DNA of 60,169 nt, from IMG/VR virus record IMGVR_UViG_3300006919_000039. One strand, 5' to 3'. A program made the position numbers and the translations under genes. The notes below the pieces were generated by a model. The model had not been told where the DNA came from, ran no database searches, and saw only the letters and a program-made list of their open reading frames with translations. The stretch is from an uncultured virus (IMG/VR IMGVR_UViG_3300006919_000039). Taxonomy: Duplodnaviria > Heunggongvirae > Uroviricota > Caudoviricetes. This document shows positions 47,470 to 56,791 of the stretch, in pieces (within the stretch, counting starts at the first letter, position 1; each line of letters begins with the position of its first letter).

Positions 47470-49179
47470 ATGAGTTGGAGAAAGTATTTTACATCAGTAG
47501 ACAATAGCGGTCTACCATTAAACGTAACAGGCAATCGCAATAACGAAGGCGGCCCTGGTGCGGCTACTAGTAGATATGCCAGTTGGCTACCAGAAGTTTA
47601 TGCTGGTTCTCCCAACAGACTAATGCGATATATTCAGTATGATCAAATGGATACTGACCTGGAAATTAATAGTGCATTAGATACTATTGCTGAATTTGGT
47701 ACACAGGAAGATGAATATACAGGATTACCATTAGAGGTAAACTGGAATACAGATCCTTCAGATACTGAAAACAAAATTATTACCAAAACGCTCACTCAGT
47801 GGTGCAGACTTAATGAAATGCACAAAAGAGCATTCAGACTTTTCCGTAGTACACTAAAATACGGAGATCAATTTTTTATCAGAGATCCAGAAACATTTAA
47901 GTTGTTTTGGATAGATCCTGCAAACATTGAAAAAGTTATTGTAAATGAAAGTGATGGTAAGAAAATTACAACATACTTTATTAAAAACTTACAGCCTAAT
48001 TTTGAAGAACTAACAGCAACAGACGTTGCACCATTACACAGCAGACCTTATGGATCAGGTGGTGGATTGACAAGTGGCTTTAGTACTGTTAATAGTAAAT
48101 CAAACAATTACATGACAGGAGCCATGGACGGTGTGGATCAGGGAACACCTGTAGATGCAAAACATATTGTACACATCAGTTTAACAGAAGGCATGGATCA
48201 TAGTTGGCCTTTTGGTGTTAGTGTTTTAGAACCAGTATTTAAAGTATTCAAACAAAAAGAATTATTAGAAGATTCAATTATTATATACAGGGTACACAGA
48301 GCACCTGAAAGACGTGTGTTCTTTATTGATGTAGGTAACATGCCTCCTCACAAAGCAAGACAGTATTTAGAGCAAGTAAAATACGAAGTACAGCAAAAAC
48401 GTGTACCAAACAAAAAAGGCGACGGTTCTAGTGTTGCCGATAGTGCCTATAACCCAATGAGTATGTTGGAAGATTACTTCTTTGCCACAACAGCAGAAGG
48501 CAGAGGCAGTAAAGTTGATACATTACCAGGTGGTGAAAACTTAGGACAAATAGACGATTTAAGGTACTTTAATAATAAACTGTTAAGAGGTTTAAGAGTA
48601 CCAAGTAGTTACTTGCCTACTGGACCAGAAGATGGAAGTAGTGTTTATAACGACGGTAAAGTGGGTATTGCATATATTCAGGAATACAGATTTGCTAGAT
48701 ATGTGGAAAGACTGCAAAAGCAAATACAGGAAGATATAGATAACGAGTTTAAAATGTTCCTCAAACACCGTGGTATTGAAATGGATAACGGTGATTTTTA
48801 CGTTACACTAAACAAACCAATGAACTTCAGTAGTTACAGAGATTTACAATTAGATTCAGAAAGAGCTAACCTGTTTAATACATTGGCGGCTACACCATAT
48901 CTAAGTAATCAGTTTAAACTTAGAAAATACTTAGGTCTTACAGAAGACGAAATCAAAGACAACGAATCCTTATGGCGTAAAGAAAATGGTTATGAGAAAT
49001 TTGTTGATGACAGCAAATCACTGGATCTTAAAAATGTGGGTGTCAGAGCAGAGCCTGACATGAATGTAGATCCTAATGCTCCTTTAGATATGGATATAGC
49101 ACCAGAAGATACACCGGAGATAAATACCGATGTAGCACCTGAGGGTGGTACTAATTTAGATGCTGGAGAGCCACTATAA
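47470..49179 (+). CDS. gp20: Portal protein
   Basis: LLEDSIIIYRVHRAPERRVFFIDVGNMP, MSMLEDYFF..GRGSKVDTLPGGENLG.IDD..YF and LRVPSS are T4 gp20 signatures. Confidence 0.97.
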   Translation: MSWRKYFTSVDNSGLPLNVTGNRNNEGGPGAATSRYASWLPEVYAGSPNRLMRYIQYDQMDTDLEINSALDTIAEFGTQEDEYTGLPLEVNWNTDPSDTENKIITKTLTQWCRLNEMHKRAFRLFRSTLKYGDQFFIRDPETFKLFWIDPANIEKVIVNESDGKKITTYFIKNLQPNFEELTATDVAPLHSRPYGSGGGLTSGFSTVNSKSNNYMTGAMDGVDQGTPVDAKHIVHISLTEGMDHSWPFGVSVLEPVFKVFKQKELLEDSIIIYRVHRAPERRVFFIDVGNMPPHKARQYLEQVKYEVQQKRVPNKKGDGSSVADSAYNPMSMLEDYFFATTAEGRGSKVDTLPGGENLGQIDDLRYFNNKLLRGLRVPSSYLPTGPEDGSSVYNDGKVGIAYIQEYRFARYVERLQKQIQEDIDNEFKMFLKHRGIEMDNGDFYVTLNKPMNFSSYRDLQLDSERANLFNTLAATPYLSNQFKLRKYLGLTEDEIKDNESLWRKENGYEKFVDDSKSLDLKNVGVRAEPDMNVDPNAPLDMDIAPEDTPEINTDVAPEGGTNLDAGEPL

Positions 49180-49385
49180 TGAAATTAGTAGAGTTTTACA
49201 ATCCTGAGTTTGATGAGTTTCAGAAGCGAAATGCCTCTGATAATAGAACTCCTAAAATGACATTGGAAACTCTTAGCAAACTTAGAAAGGCTAGGGAAAT
49301 AAAGAAAGCAGAAGAATTAGAACACGCAAAATTTCAGAAAGTTATGTATGCCGCACCAACACAGGACACTGGCGGTATGATGTAA
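49179..49385 (+). CDS. Small head-module protein
   Basis: 68 aa, coupled to the portal gene by a TAATG overlap; a GATAAATA lies upstream at 49119-49126 inside the portal gene. Confidence 0.7.
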   Translation: MKLVEFYNPEFDEFQKRNASDNRTPKMTLETLSKLRKAREIKKAEELEHAKFQKVMYAAPTQDTGGMM

Positions 49386-49414
49386 TAACTGTTTATTACA
49401 CTATAAAAAAACAG

Positions 49415-49422
49415 TATAAATA
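49415..49422 (+). promoter_or_regulatory. Late promoter TATAAATA
   Basis: Exact T4 late consensus in the gap before the core/protease/scaffold/capsid genes. Confidence 0.7.
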
Positions 49423-49563
49423 CATATTAGTCACAGAAAATAAGTCAAATCACTCAGAATCACACCTTTTCGCACAGAAAAACACTTGTTTTTATAAGTA
49501 AATAACAAGCCGTACTACGAGTATGAATATTCTAGTCGGTAATTTAATATTAAGGAGACCACA

Positions 49564-50349
49564 ATGTCAGAATCAAGAAGTAAATTAGAAGAAATTCTTG
49601 AACTTCTCCTTGCTGAAGAAAACGAAAAAGCGGAAGAAATGCTTCATGAATATGTTGTTGCTAAAGCAAGAACAGAATATGAAAAAGTTCTAGACGAAGA
49701 CGTTTCTGAAGAAGAAGAAATTGAAGAAGCAGAAGAATCAGAAGAAGAAGCAGTTGAAGAATCAGAGGAATCTGAAGAAGAGGCTGTTGAAGAGTCAGAA
49801 GTTGATGAGGTTATTGACCAAAGCAACGATCTAGAAGACGATATCCTAACAGATGAAGACGAAATCGAAGCCGATGAAACCGGAATGGAAGAAATGGGTG
49901 ACGAGGAAGGCGAAGAAGGTGAAGAAGATCTAGAAGATAAAGTTGACCATTTAGAGGATGAGTTAGAAGACCTTAAAGCAGAATTTGAAAAACTATTAGC
50001 AGACGACGATGAAGGCGACGACATGGACGATGCTGAAGAAGTTGAAGACGAAATGGCAGACGAACTTGATCTTGAGTCAGTTGAATATGACCTAGATGAA
50101 GAAATTGCTGAAGAGTCAGACGAAGTTGTTGAAGAAGCAACAAAACTACAAGATAAAGTAGCAGACCCAAAAGGTGGTGAGTCAGATAATAATGAATCAC
50201 CAATGACTAAAGCACCAGCAAAAACTAAAGTTGAAGGTGCGGGTGAACCTGTTAAGGCTAAAGACGGTAGCGACGGTAACAGTGGTGATAACTCACCTAA
50301 AGATACTGGCGGCAGTTCAAATCTTAACGTAGAACCTAAAAAGGTTTAA
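49564..50349 (+). CDS. Highly acidic prohead core protein
   Basis: E/D-rich 261-aa protein between portal and protease; AAGGAG SD; many (L/V/I)xE sites typical of gp21 substrates. Confidence 0.7.
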   Translation: MSESRSKLEEILELLLAEENEKAEEMLHEYVVAKARTEYEKVLDEDVSEEEEIEEAEESEEEAVEESEESEEEAVEESEVDEVIDQSNDLEDDILTDEDEIEADETGMEEMGDEEGEEGEEDLEDKVDHLEDELEDLKAEFEKLLADDDEGDDMDDAEEVEDEMADELDLESVEYDLDEEIAEESDEVVEEATKLQDKVADPKGGESDNNESPMTKAPAKTKVEGAGEPVKAKDGSDGNSGDNSPKDTGGSSNLNVEPKKV

Positions 50350-50381
50350 TAAGGTTCAGGTAAGTTTTACAGGAGTTTTCG

Positions 50382-51005
50382 ATGGCTAATAAACTATATG
50401 AATACATGAGTCCAGCACAATCAGGTCTGATTGTGGAGTCTAACGACGGAAAAGACCTATGTATGAAAGGTTTATTTATTCAGGGTGACGTTAAAAACCA
50501 GAATGGTAGAGTATATCCAAAAGATGAAATACAAAAAGCAGTCGAAAGTGTAAAACAAAGATTAGGTAAAGGTGAAACTGTGATGGGCGAATTAGACCAT
50601 CCAGAAGAACTACAAATTAATCTAGACCGCGTAAGTCATATCATTACAGACATGTATTGTGAAGAAGCAAACGGTTTAGGGAAATTAAAAATCATAGATA
50701 CACCAATGGGGAATATTGCAAGAGCATTATTAACGGCAGGAGCACAACTTGGTGTTAGTAGTAGAGGTTCAGGAAACGTTAATGAAAGTGGTAAAGTTTC
50801 CGACTTCGACATAGTAACAGTGGACATTGTGGCACAACCAAGTGCACCAGATGCCTACCCTAAAACAATCTATGAAAGTTTATTTAATATGCGAGGCGGA
50901 GCATCATTATTTGATACCGCCAAAGCAGTAACACACGATAAAAGAGCAGAAAAACACTTGATGAAGGCTATCACTGGCTTCATCGATGAACTTAAAATTA
51001 AGTAG
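50382..51005 (+). CDS. gp21: Prohead core protease
   Basis: GLFIQGDVKNQNGRVYP, GELDHP, RVSH, LGVSSRGSG and DIVAQPSAPDAY signatures. Confidence 0.96.
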   Translation: MANKLYEYMSPAQSGLIVESNDGKDLCMKGLFIQGDVKNQNGRVYPKDEIQKAVESVKQRLGKGETVMGELDHPEELQINLDRVSHIITDMYCEEANGLGKLKIIDTPMGNIARALLTAGAQLGVSSRGSGNVNESGKVSDFDIVTVDIVAQPSAPDAYPKTIYESLFNMRGGASLFDTAKAVTHDKRAEKHLMKAITGFIDELKIK

Positions 51006-51014
51006 GAGACTACG

Positions 51015-52127
51015 ATGGCAGTGAATTTTACAGATCTACTTGAAAATGCAGAATTAACATCTGATGTTAAGGAAGCTCTTCAAGAAGCATGGGATTCCAG
51101 AATCTCAGAAGCAAGAGAGGAAATTACTGCGGAACTTAGAGAAGAGTTTGCACAAAGATACGATCATGACAAGGGTCAAATTGTTGAAGCAATGGACAAA
51201 TTCATCTCAGAAAAAGTTTCAGCAGAAATAGCCGAAATTGCAGTTGAGAAAGGAGCTCTTGCAAACGATCGAGTTAAGTATCATAAAGCCATTAGTGAGC
51301 ACGCCAAAGTTTTAGACAAATTTGTAACTCAAGCAGTTGCTAATGAAGTCAAAGAACTTAGAGCAGACAGATCCAGAGTTAGTGAGCATGTAACTAAATT
51401 AGATAATTTTGTTGCAGAACAACTTGCTGGTGAACTAGCAGAATTTCACGAAGACAAAAAAGGTCTTGTGGAACAGAAAGTCAAAATGGTACGTGAAGGC
51501 AAAAAACAACTTGCTGAAGCGAAAAAAGATTTCATTAAGAAAGCCGCTGATAAAGTGGAAAGTATCATCAATAAAACGATGGTTAATGAAGTTAAATCAT
51601 TCCGTAATGACATCACTAGGGCTCGTGAGAACGATTTTGGTCGTAGAATTTTTGAAGCATTTGCGAATGAGTATGGCGTAAGTTATCTCAACGAAGCAAA
51701 AGAAATCAAGAAAGTACAAAAACAAATCGCTGAAATGGAAGCCAAACTTAACGAAGCACAGGAAACTATTGCTTCAAAAGAAGAAGCAGGGAAACTTGTA
51801 GAATCTAAGTTAAGAGTTGCAGAAGATCGATTCGAAAGAAAAGAGAAACTCAATGAATTAATGGCGCCACTAGGCAAAGAGAAGAAAGAAATTATGTCAG
51901 ATTTACTTGAAAGTGTTAAAACTGAAAAACTGGAAGAGTCCTTTAACAAGTACTTGCCTTCAGTTTTAGATGGCGAAACACCAAGAGCAAAGAAGACATT
52001 GTCAGAATCAGTTACTAGTGAACATACTGGTAATAAGGCGACTGTAATAACAGAAGCCGATGACAAAAGTGCGAATGATATCGTAGAATTAGATATGATT
52101 CGTAAATTAGCCGGACTTTCAAAATAA
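51015..52127 (+). CDS. gp22: Prohead scaffolding protein, gp22-like
   Basis: Long coiled coil between protease and capsid genes; GRRIFEAF motif; AGGAG SD. Confidence 0.85.
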   Translation: MAVNFTDLLENAELTSDVKEALQEAWDSRISEAREEITAELREEFAQRYDHDKGQIVEAMDKFISEKVSAEIAEIAVEKGALANDRVKYHKAISEHAKVLDKFVTQAVANEVKELRADRSRVSEHVTKLDNFVAEQLAGELAEFHEDKKGLVEQKVKMVREGKKQLAEAKKDFIKKAADKVESIINKTMVNEVKSFRNDITRARENDFGRRIFEAFANEYGVSYLNEAKEIKKVQKQIAEMEAKLNEAQETIASKEEAGKLVESKLRVAEDRFERKEKLNELMAPLGKEKKEIMSDLLESVKTEKLEESFNKYLPSVLDGETPRAKKTLSESVTSEHTGNKATVITEADDKSANDIVELDMIRKLAGLSK

Positions 52128-52141
52128 AATAGGAGTTAGAA

Positions 52142-53281
52142 ATGGCAGATTTATTTGAAAGCAACTGGTCCGCAACTAAGGAAGCCTTGCTTGAAGGACT
52201 TTCTGGAAACAGAAAATCCTCATTAGATGTGGTCCTCGAAAATACAAAGAGACATTTGTCAGAGGCCGCAACAGCAGGTTCCACAGGAGCAGGTTCAGTC
52301 GCAACTTTAAACAAAGTAATGTTACCGTTAATTAGAAGGGTTATGCCTTCTGTTATCGCTAACGAGCTTGTTGGTGTACAACCAATGAGTGGTCCAGTGG
52401 GCCAAATCCATACATTAAGAGTACGTTATGCGGAATCTGGTGGTGGAGCAACAGCAGGTGACGAGGCTTTAAGTCCTTTTAAACTTGCTAATACTTATGC
52501 TGGTTCTCCAGACGCTACAGCGGCGGCTGAGGGACAAGCAGGAAGAAAAATGTCAATCCAAATCTTAAAAGAAACTGTCGAAGCAAAGACAAGACGTTTA
52601 AGTGCTAGATGGACATTCGAAGCGGCTCAAGATGCAGAAGCAATGCACGGCGTAGACGTCGAAGCAGAAATTATGCAGGCTTTAGCACAAGAGATTGTAG
52701 TTGAAATCGACCAAGAAATTATCGGTTCACTAAGAACTCTTGCAGGTGCTGGAACAACTTTAGACTTTGGTTCATTAAGTGGACAAAGTGTATACGTTGG
52801 TGACAGACATGCGGCTTTGGCAATCGAGATTAACAGAAGTGCTAACAGAATCGCGGCTAGAACAAGACGTGGTGCTGGTAACTACATTGTTGTATCTCCA
52901 GAAGCATTGACAATCCTACAAAGTGCGTCAACTTCTACTTTCGCTAGAACAACTGAAGGTTCTTTTGAAGCACCAGTAAACACTAAGTTTGTTGGAACTT
53001 TAAACGGAACAATCAGAGTATTTGCTGATAACTATGCGGCTGACGGAACTAAAGTTCTTGTTGGTTACAAAGGATCAAGCGAAACTGATGCTCCAGCATT
53101 CTACTGTCCTTACATTCCATTAATGAGCACAGGCCCAGTAATGGATCCAAGCACATTTGAACCAGTAGTAAGTTTCATGACTAGATATGGTTATAAAGAA
53201 CTTACAAATACTGCTTCATCTCTTGGTAATGCGGCAGACTACGTTGATGCTATTACTTTAGCAAACGTGGCATTCCAGTAA
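52142..53281 (+). CDS. gp23: Major capsid protein
   Basis: LIRRVMPSVIANELVGVQPMSGPVGQI, VEAKTRRLSARWTFEAAQD, GYKG and FYCPYIPL...FMTRYG signatures. Confidence 0.97.
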   Translation: MADLFESNWSATKEALLEGLSGNRKSSLDVVLENTKRHLSEAATAGSTGAGSVATLNKVMLPLIRRVMPSVIANELVGVQPMSGPVGQIHTLRVRYAESGGGATAGDEALSPFKLANTYAGSPDATAAAEGQAGRKMSIQILKETVEAKTRRLSARWTFEAAQDAEAMHGVDVEAEIMQALAQEIVVEIDQEIIGSLRTLAGAGTTLDFGSLSGQSVYVGDRHAALAIEINRSANRIAARTRRGAGNYIVVSPEALTILQSASTSTFARTTEGSFEAPVNTKFVGTLNGTIRVFADNYAADGTKVLVGYKGSSETDAPAFYCPYIPLMSTGPVMDPSTFEPVVSFMTRYGYKELTNTASSLGNAADYVDAITLANVAFQ

Positions 53282-53304
53282 ACCGAAACGTTTCAGGAAG
53301 AATT

Positions 53305-53331
53305 AAGAGGCTCTTAGGAGCCTCTTTTTTT
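53305..53331 (+). terminator. Intrinsic terminator after the capsid gene
   Basis: AAGAGGCTC-ttag-GAGCCTCTT followed by a T run. Confidence 0.92.
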
Positions 53332-53358
53332 GACTTGAATTTCAAATTTATAAAATCA

Positions 53359-53366
53359 GATAAATA
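53359..53366 (+). promoter_or_regulatory. Late promoter GATAAATA
   Basis: Located between the terminator and the start at 53391. Confidence 0.75.
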
Positions 53367-53390
53367 GTTCTATAATATAGGATTTTCTAA

Positions 53391-56300
53391 ATGGCAATAA
53401 AAAAGACATACATTAATGCAGATGAAGAATTAGTCATTCAGGGTAGACTTACCATTGAAGGTAATGTTACCCAAGTAGAGACTACTCAAAATGTAAACAA
53501 TGTCCAATCAGATGAATTGGTAATAAATTCAGATGGTGAAAACACCACAGCAAAAATAACTTTAAACAGTAATACAAATGTATCAAATTTAAGTTACACT
53601 GATGGTGGTAATATTGTTGCTGAACCAGGATTACAAGGTAATTTATTTGTAGCAAACGGCCAATCTATAATTATAGATGGTGGCGGTAGTATAGGTGGTA
53701 CAGGGTTTACAGGAAATCTAACAGGTACAGCCAGTAATGCCAATGCATTAACAAGTGCAATAACATTAAATTTAAGTGGTGATGCAACAGGTACAACAAC
53801 TTTTATAAATGCTGGTGACAATTCAACAATCGCTACAACTTTAGCAAATACAACAGTTACTCCAGGTAGTTATGGTAATGCAAATACAGTAGGTCAATTT
53901 ACAGTAGATTCTAAAGGTAGAATTACAAGTGCAAGTGATGTTGCTATAAATCATGATGTATTACAAAATTTTGTTGCAAACGAACACATAGATCATACTG
54001 CTGTAAGTATATTACAAGGTTCAGGATTAAGCGGATCTAATGGTGATATTACAGCAAATAGAACTATTACAGTAGGCCAGGGAGATGGTATTACTGTAAA
54101 CTCTAGTAATATACAAGTAAATGTTGCTTACATAAGAAATCAATTTAGTGCAACAGACACTGGTGGCGACGGAAGTTTTGCATACAATAGTTCAAGTGGT
54201 GTATTTACTTACACAGGTCCAAGTGCTAGTGAAGTAAGAGCACATTTTAGTGGTGGTTATGGTATCACATTAAGCAGTGGAGATATATCCTTAACAAATT
54301 CAGAAGTACAAGCACAGGCAAATATTGCTATTGGAAATAACTCAAATATAGTATTAACAGATAATACTCAAAGTATAAGTGGTTCTAAAACATTTACAAG
54401 TGATGTAGAAATTCAAGGTAACTTGAATGTAACAGCAAATATAAACTCTGCTACACAGGTAGATTTATTTGTTGAAGACACTAATATTACACTAAGATCA
54501 GGTGCTGTAAGCGACGGTGATGCACATATCAACGTTGTACGTTCAAGTGGTACAAGATATTTGAAATGGAACGATACAGCAGATAGATGGCAATTTAATA
54601 ATTCAGGCACAGATGCAAATATATTATTATTTTCAGATTTTAGTGCAACATCTCCAATTACATTTTCAAGTGGTGTTATAGCAATAAACAATCCAATTAC
54701 GGAAGATTTTGTTTTTGCAGGAAACTTGGAAGTACAAGGCAGTTTAATTGTAGGCCCAGATGCCATTGAAGATGTACATGAAAGTTTCAATATCAATACC
54801 AACGGTGCATTAACATATACACATAATGCATCAGGAGCCTATTATGCGGTAGCAAAAGGTGACGGTATTGTATTAACTGCTAACACAGTGGCAGTTGGTG
54901 CAGGTGACGGTATTACAGTTAATACCAATGATGTACAAGTTGACAGCACAGTTATAAGAACAACAGGTGACCAAAGTTTAGCAGGTGAAAAAACATTTAC
55001 AGGCAACTTATTAATACCTACAACTGATGTTACAGTTGAAAATGCAATCTTTACAGATAGCAATGAAGCCTGGGTATATGTAAATGGCAGTAAAAAACAA
55101 ATCACACCAACCAGCAGTATTGGTTCTGCAGAAGAGGCCAACAGTAGTTTATCATATACTAATTTAGGAACAACTGGAACCAGCACATATGAACTATATG
55201 CTGGACAAAGAACAGTTGTAGCAGATACATTCCATGCTATAAAAGGTTTAGAAGCAGGTAGCAATGTATTAATAACAGATAGTGCAACAGCATTAACAAT
55301 AGATGCCAACGTACCAGAAATTCACACATCATTTGTTGCAAATCAGAGTGGTGACGGTACTTTAACATATGATAATGCAGGAACATTTACATATACAGGC
55401 CCTAATAATACAAATTACAGATCAGCAATAAGTGGTTCTGGATTGATTGGATATGATAGTGGCACAGGTGTTATTAGTACAACAGCAGATAATTATTCTA
55501 ACTGGCAGTTTACAACAGATAGTGCTGGTAATCAGTCTATAACAAGTGGTGGTTTATTAACATTCACAGCAGGTTCAGGTATAGATATTACACACAGTGG
55601 TAGCACAATTACTATTGCAACAGACAGTGACGCAGACATTTCAGCCGTTACAGCCGGAGATGGTTTAACAGGCGGTGGTGTAAGTGGAGCAGTTACTCTA
55701 AATGTTGCTGGTGGTTATGGTGTTACTGTTAATGCTAATGACATAGAAGTTGCTAATAGTGATATTAGAGGATTATTTAGTGCTAGTGGTGATTTAAGTT
55801 ACGATAGTTCAACTGGTACATTTAGTTTCACTAATGATGCAGGTGATATCGAAAGTGTTGGTGCTGGAAATGGTCTTACAGGTGGCGGCACTTCAGGTGC
55901 AGTTACATTAAACGTTGTAGGCGGATATGGAATCACAGCAAATGCTGATGATATAGAAGTAAGTAATGCAGATATCAGAGCATTGTTTAGTGCTAGTGGT
56001 GATTTAAGTTATAATTCAGGTACTGGCGCATTTAGTTACACTATGCCATCATTAACAGTTAGTGATTTTTCTGGAGCGGCTATACAGACTGGCTCAGAAT
56101 CGTTTAGTGATTCAGATACTGTATTAATGACAGCCGCGGCTGTACAAGATAAAATTTTAAGTTATGGATATACCACTAACGTTGGTGACATAACAGGTGT
56201 TACTGCTGGTAACGGTTTAACAGATGGTGGCACATCAGGAACAGTTACACTAAATGTTGGTGCAGGTTCTTATATTACTGTAGCCGCAGATACAGTTGCC

Positions 56301-56774
56301 GTAGACGCCACTACAGCCGCAACTGCAAATAAAGTTGTAGCCAGAGACGGTGCTGGTAATGTTGCCGCAAATTATTTTGTAGGTACTGCAACACAGGCTC
56401 AATATGCTGACTTGGCTGAAAAGTATTCAGCAGATGCTGACTATGAACCAGGAACTGTTTTGGTAATTGGTGGAGATAAAGAAGTTACTGTAACAGACGA
56501 ACCTGGAAGTTTTGCTGTTATAGGTGTTGTGAGTACAGATCCAGCATACTTAATGAATTCAGAGGCAGATGGTGTAGCAATAGCACTTAGAGGTAGAATA
56601 CCATGTAAAGTTGCAGGTACATGTAAAAAAGGTGATGTGTTAATAACAAGTGATACACCAGGACATGCCATGGTAGCAGGTGATCATAAATCATTAAGTC
56701 CACTACAAATTATTGGTAGAGCATTAGAAAACAAAACTTCAGCCGCACCAGGTGTTGTTGAAATCATAGTTTAA
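53391..56774 (+). CDS. Fibre-like virion protein with internal repeats and a C-terminal Peptidase_G2-like chaperone domain
   Basis: 1127 aa, G/S/T-rich; TVDSKGRITSAS, repeated AGxGLTGGG and LSY.S.TG.FS motifs; C-terminal AQYADLAEKY...ALRGRIPCKV. Confidence 0.8.
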   Translation: MAIKKTYINADEELVIQGRLTIEGNVTQVETTQNVNNVQSDELVINSDGENTTAKITLNSNTNVSNLSYTDGGNIVAEPGLQGNLFVANGQSIIIDGGGSIGGTGFTGNLTGTASNANALTSAITLNLSGDATGTTTFINAGDNSTIATTLANTTVTPGSYGNANTVGQFTVDSKGRITSASDVAINHDVLQNFVANEHIDHTAVSILQGSGLSGSNGDITANRTITVGQGDGITVNSSNIQVNVAYIRNQFSATDTGGDGSFAYNSSSGVFTYTGPSASEVRAHFSGGYGITLSSGDISLTNSEVQAQANIAIGNNSNIVLTDNTQSISGSKTFTSDVEIQGNLNVTANINSATQVDLFVEDTNITLRSGAVSDGDAHINVVRSSGTRYLKWNDTADRWQFNNSGTDANILLFSDFSATSPITFSSGVIAINNPITEDFVFAGNLEVQGSLIVGPDAIEDVHESFNINTNGALTYTHNASGAYYAVAKGDGIVLTANTVAVGAGDGITVNTNDVQVDSTVIRTTGDQSLAGEKTFTGNLLIPTTDVTVENAIFTDSNEAWVYVNGSKKQITPTSSIGSAEEANSSLSYTNLGTTGTSTYELYAGQRTVVADTFHAIKGLEAGSNVLITDSATALTIDANVPEIHTSFVANQSGDGTLTYDNAGTFTYTGPNNTNYRSAISGSGLIGYDSGTGVISTTADNYSNWQFTTDSAGNQSITSGGLLTFTAGSGIDITHSGSTITIATDSDADISAVTAGDGLTGGGVSGAVTLNVAGGYGVTVNANDIEVANSDIRGLFSASGDLSYDSSTGTFSFTNDAGDIESVGAGNGLTGGGTSGAVTLNVVGGYGITANADDIEVSNADIRALFSASGDLSYNSGTGAFSYTMPSLTVSDFSGAAIQTGSESFSDSDTVLMTAAAVQDKILSYGYTTNVGDITGVTAGNGLTDGGTSGTVTLNVGAGSYITVAADTVAVDATTAATANKVVARDGAGNVAANYFVGTATQAQYADLAEKYSADADYEPGTVLVIGGDKEVTVTDEPGSFAVIGVVSTDPAYLMNSEADGVAIALRGRIPCKVAGTCKKGDVLITSDTPGHAMVAGDHKSLSPLQIIGRALENKTSAAPGVVEIIV
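55635..56042 (+). repeat. Two tandem 210-nt (70-aa) intragenic repeats
   Basis: Units start at 55635 and 55845; the identical 26-mer TTTAGTGCTAGTGGTGATTTAAGTTA occurs at 55776 and 55986. Confidence 0.85.
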
Positions 56775-56778
56775 AAAT

Positions 56779-56786
56779 AATAAATA
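56779..56786 (+). promoter_or_regulatory. Late promoter variant AATAAATA, 5 nt before the ATG at 56792
   Basis: Fills most of a 17-nt gap that has no SD; spacing matches the other leaderless cases. Confidence 0.55.
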
Positions 56787-56791
56787 AAATA

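Noticed and set aside
49680..50140. GAAGAA-rich repeats
   Set aside because: Simply encode the Glu-rich core protein; not a DNA repeat array.
3633..56774. Diversity-generating retroelement or invertible fibre cassette
   Set aside because: The shared fibre module differs mainly at synonymous positions rather than adenine-specific ones, and no reverse transcriptase or invertase is in the window.
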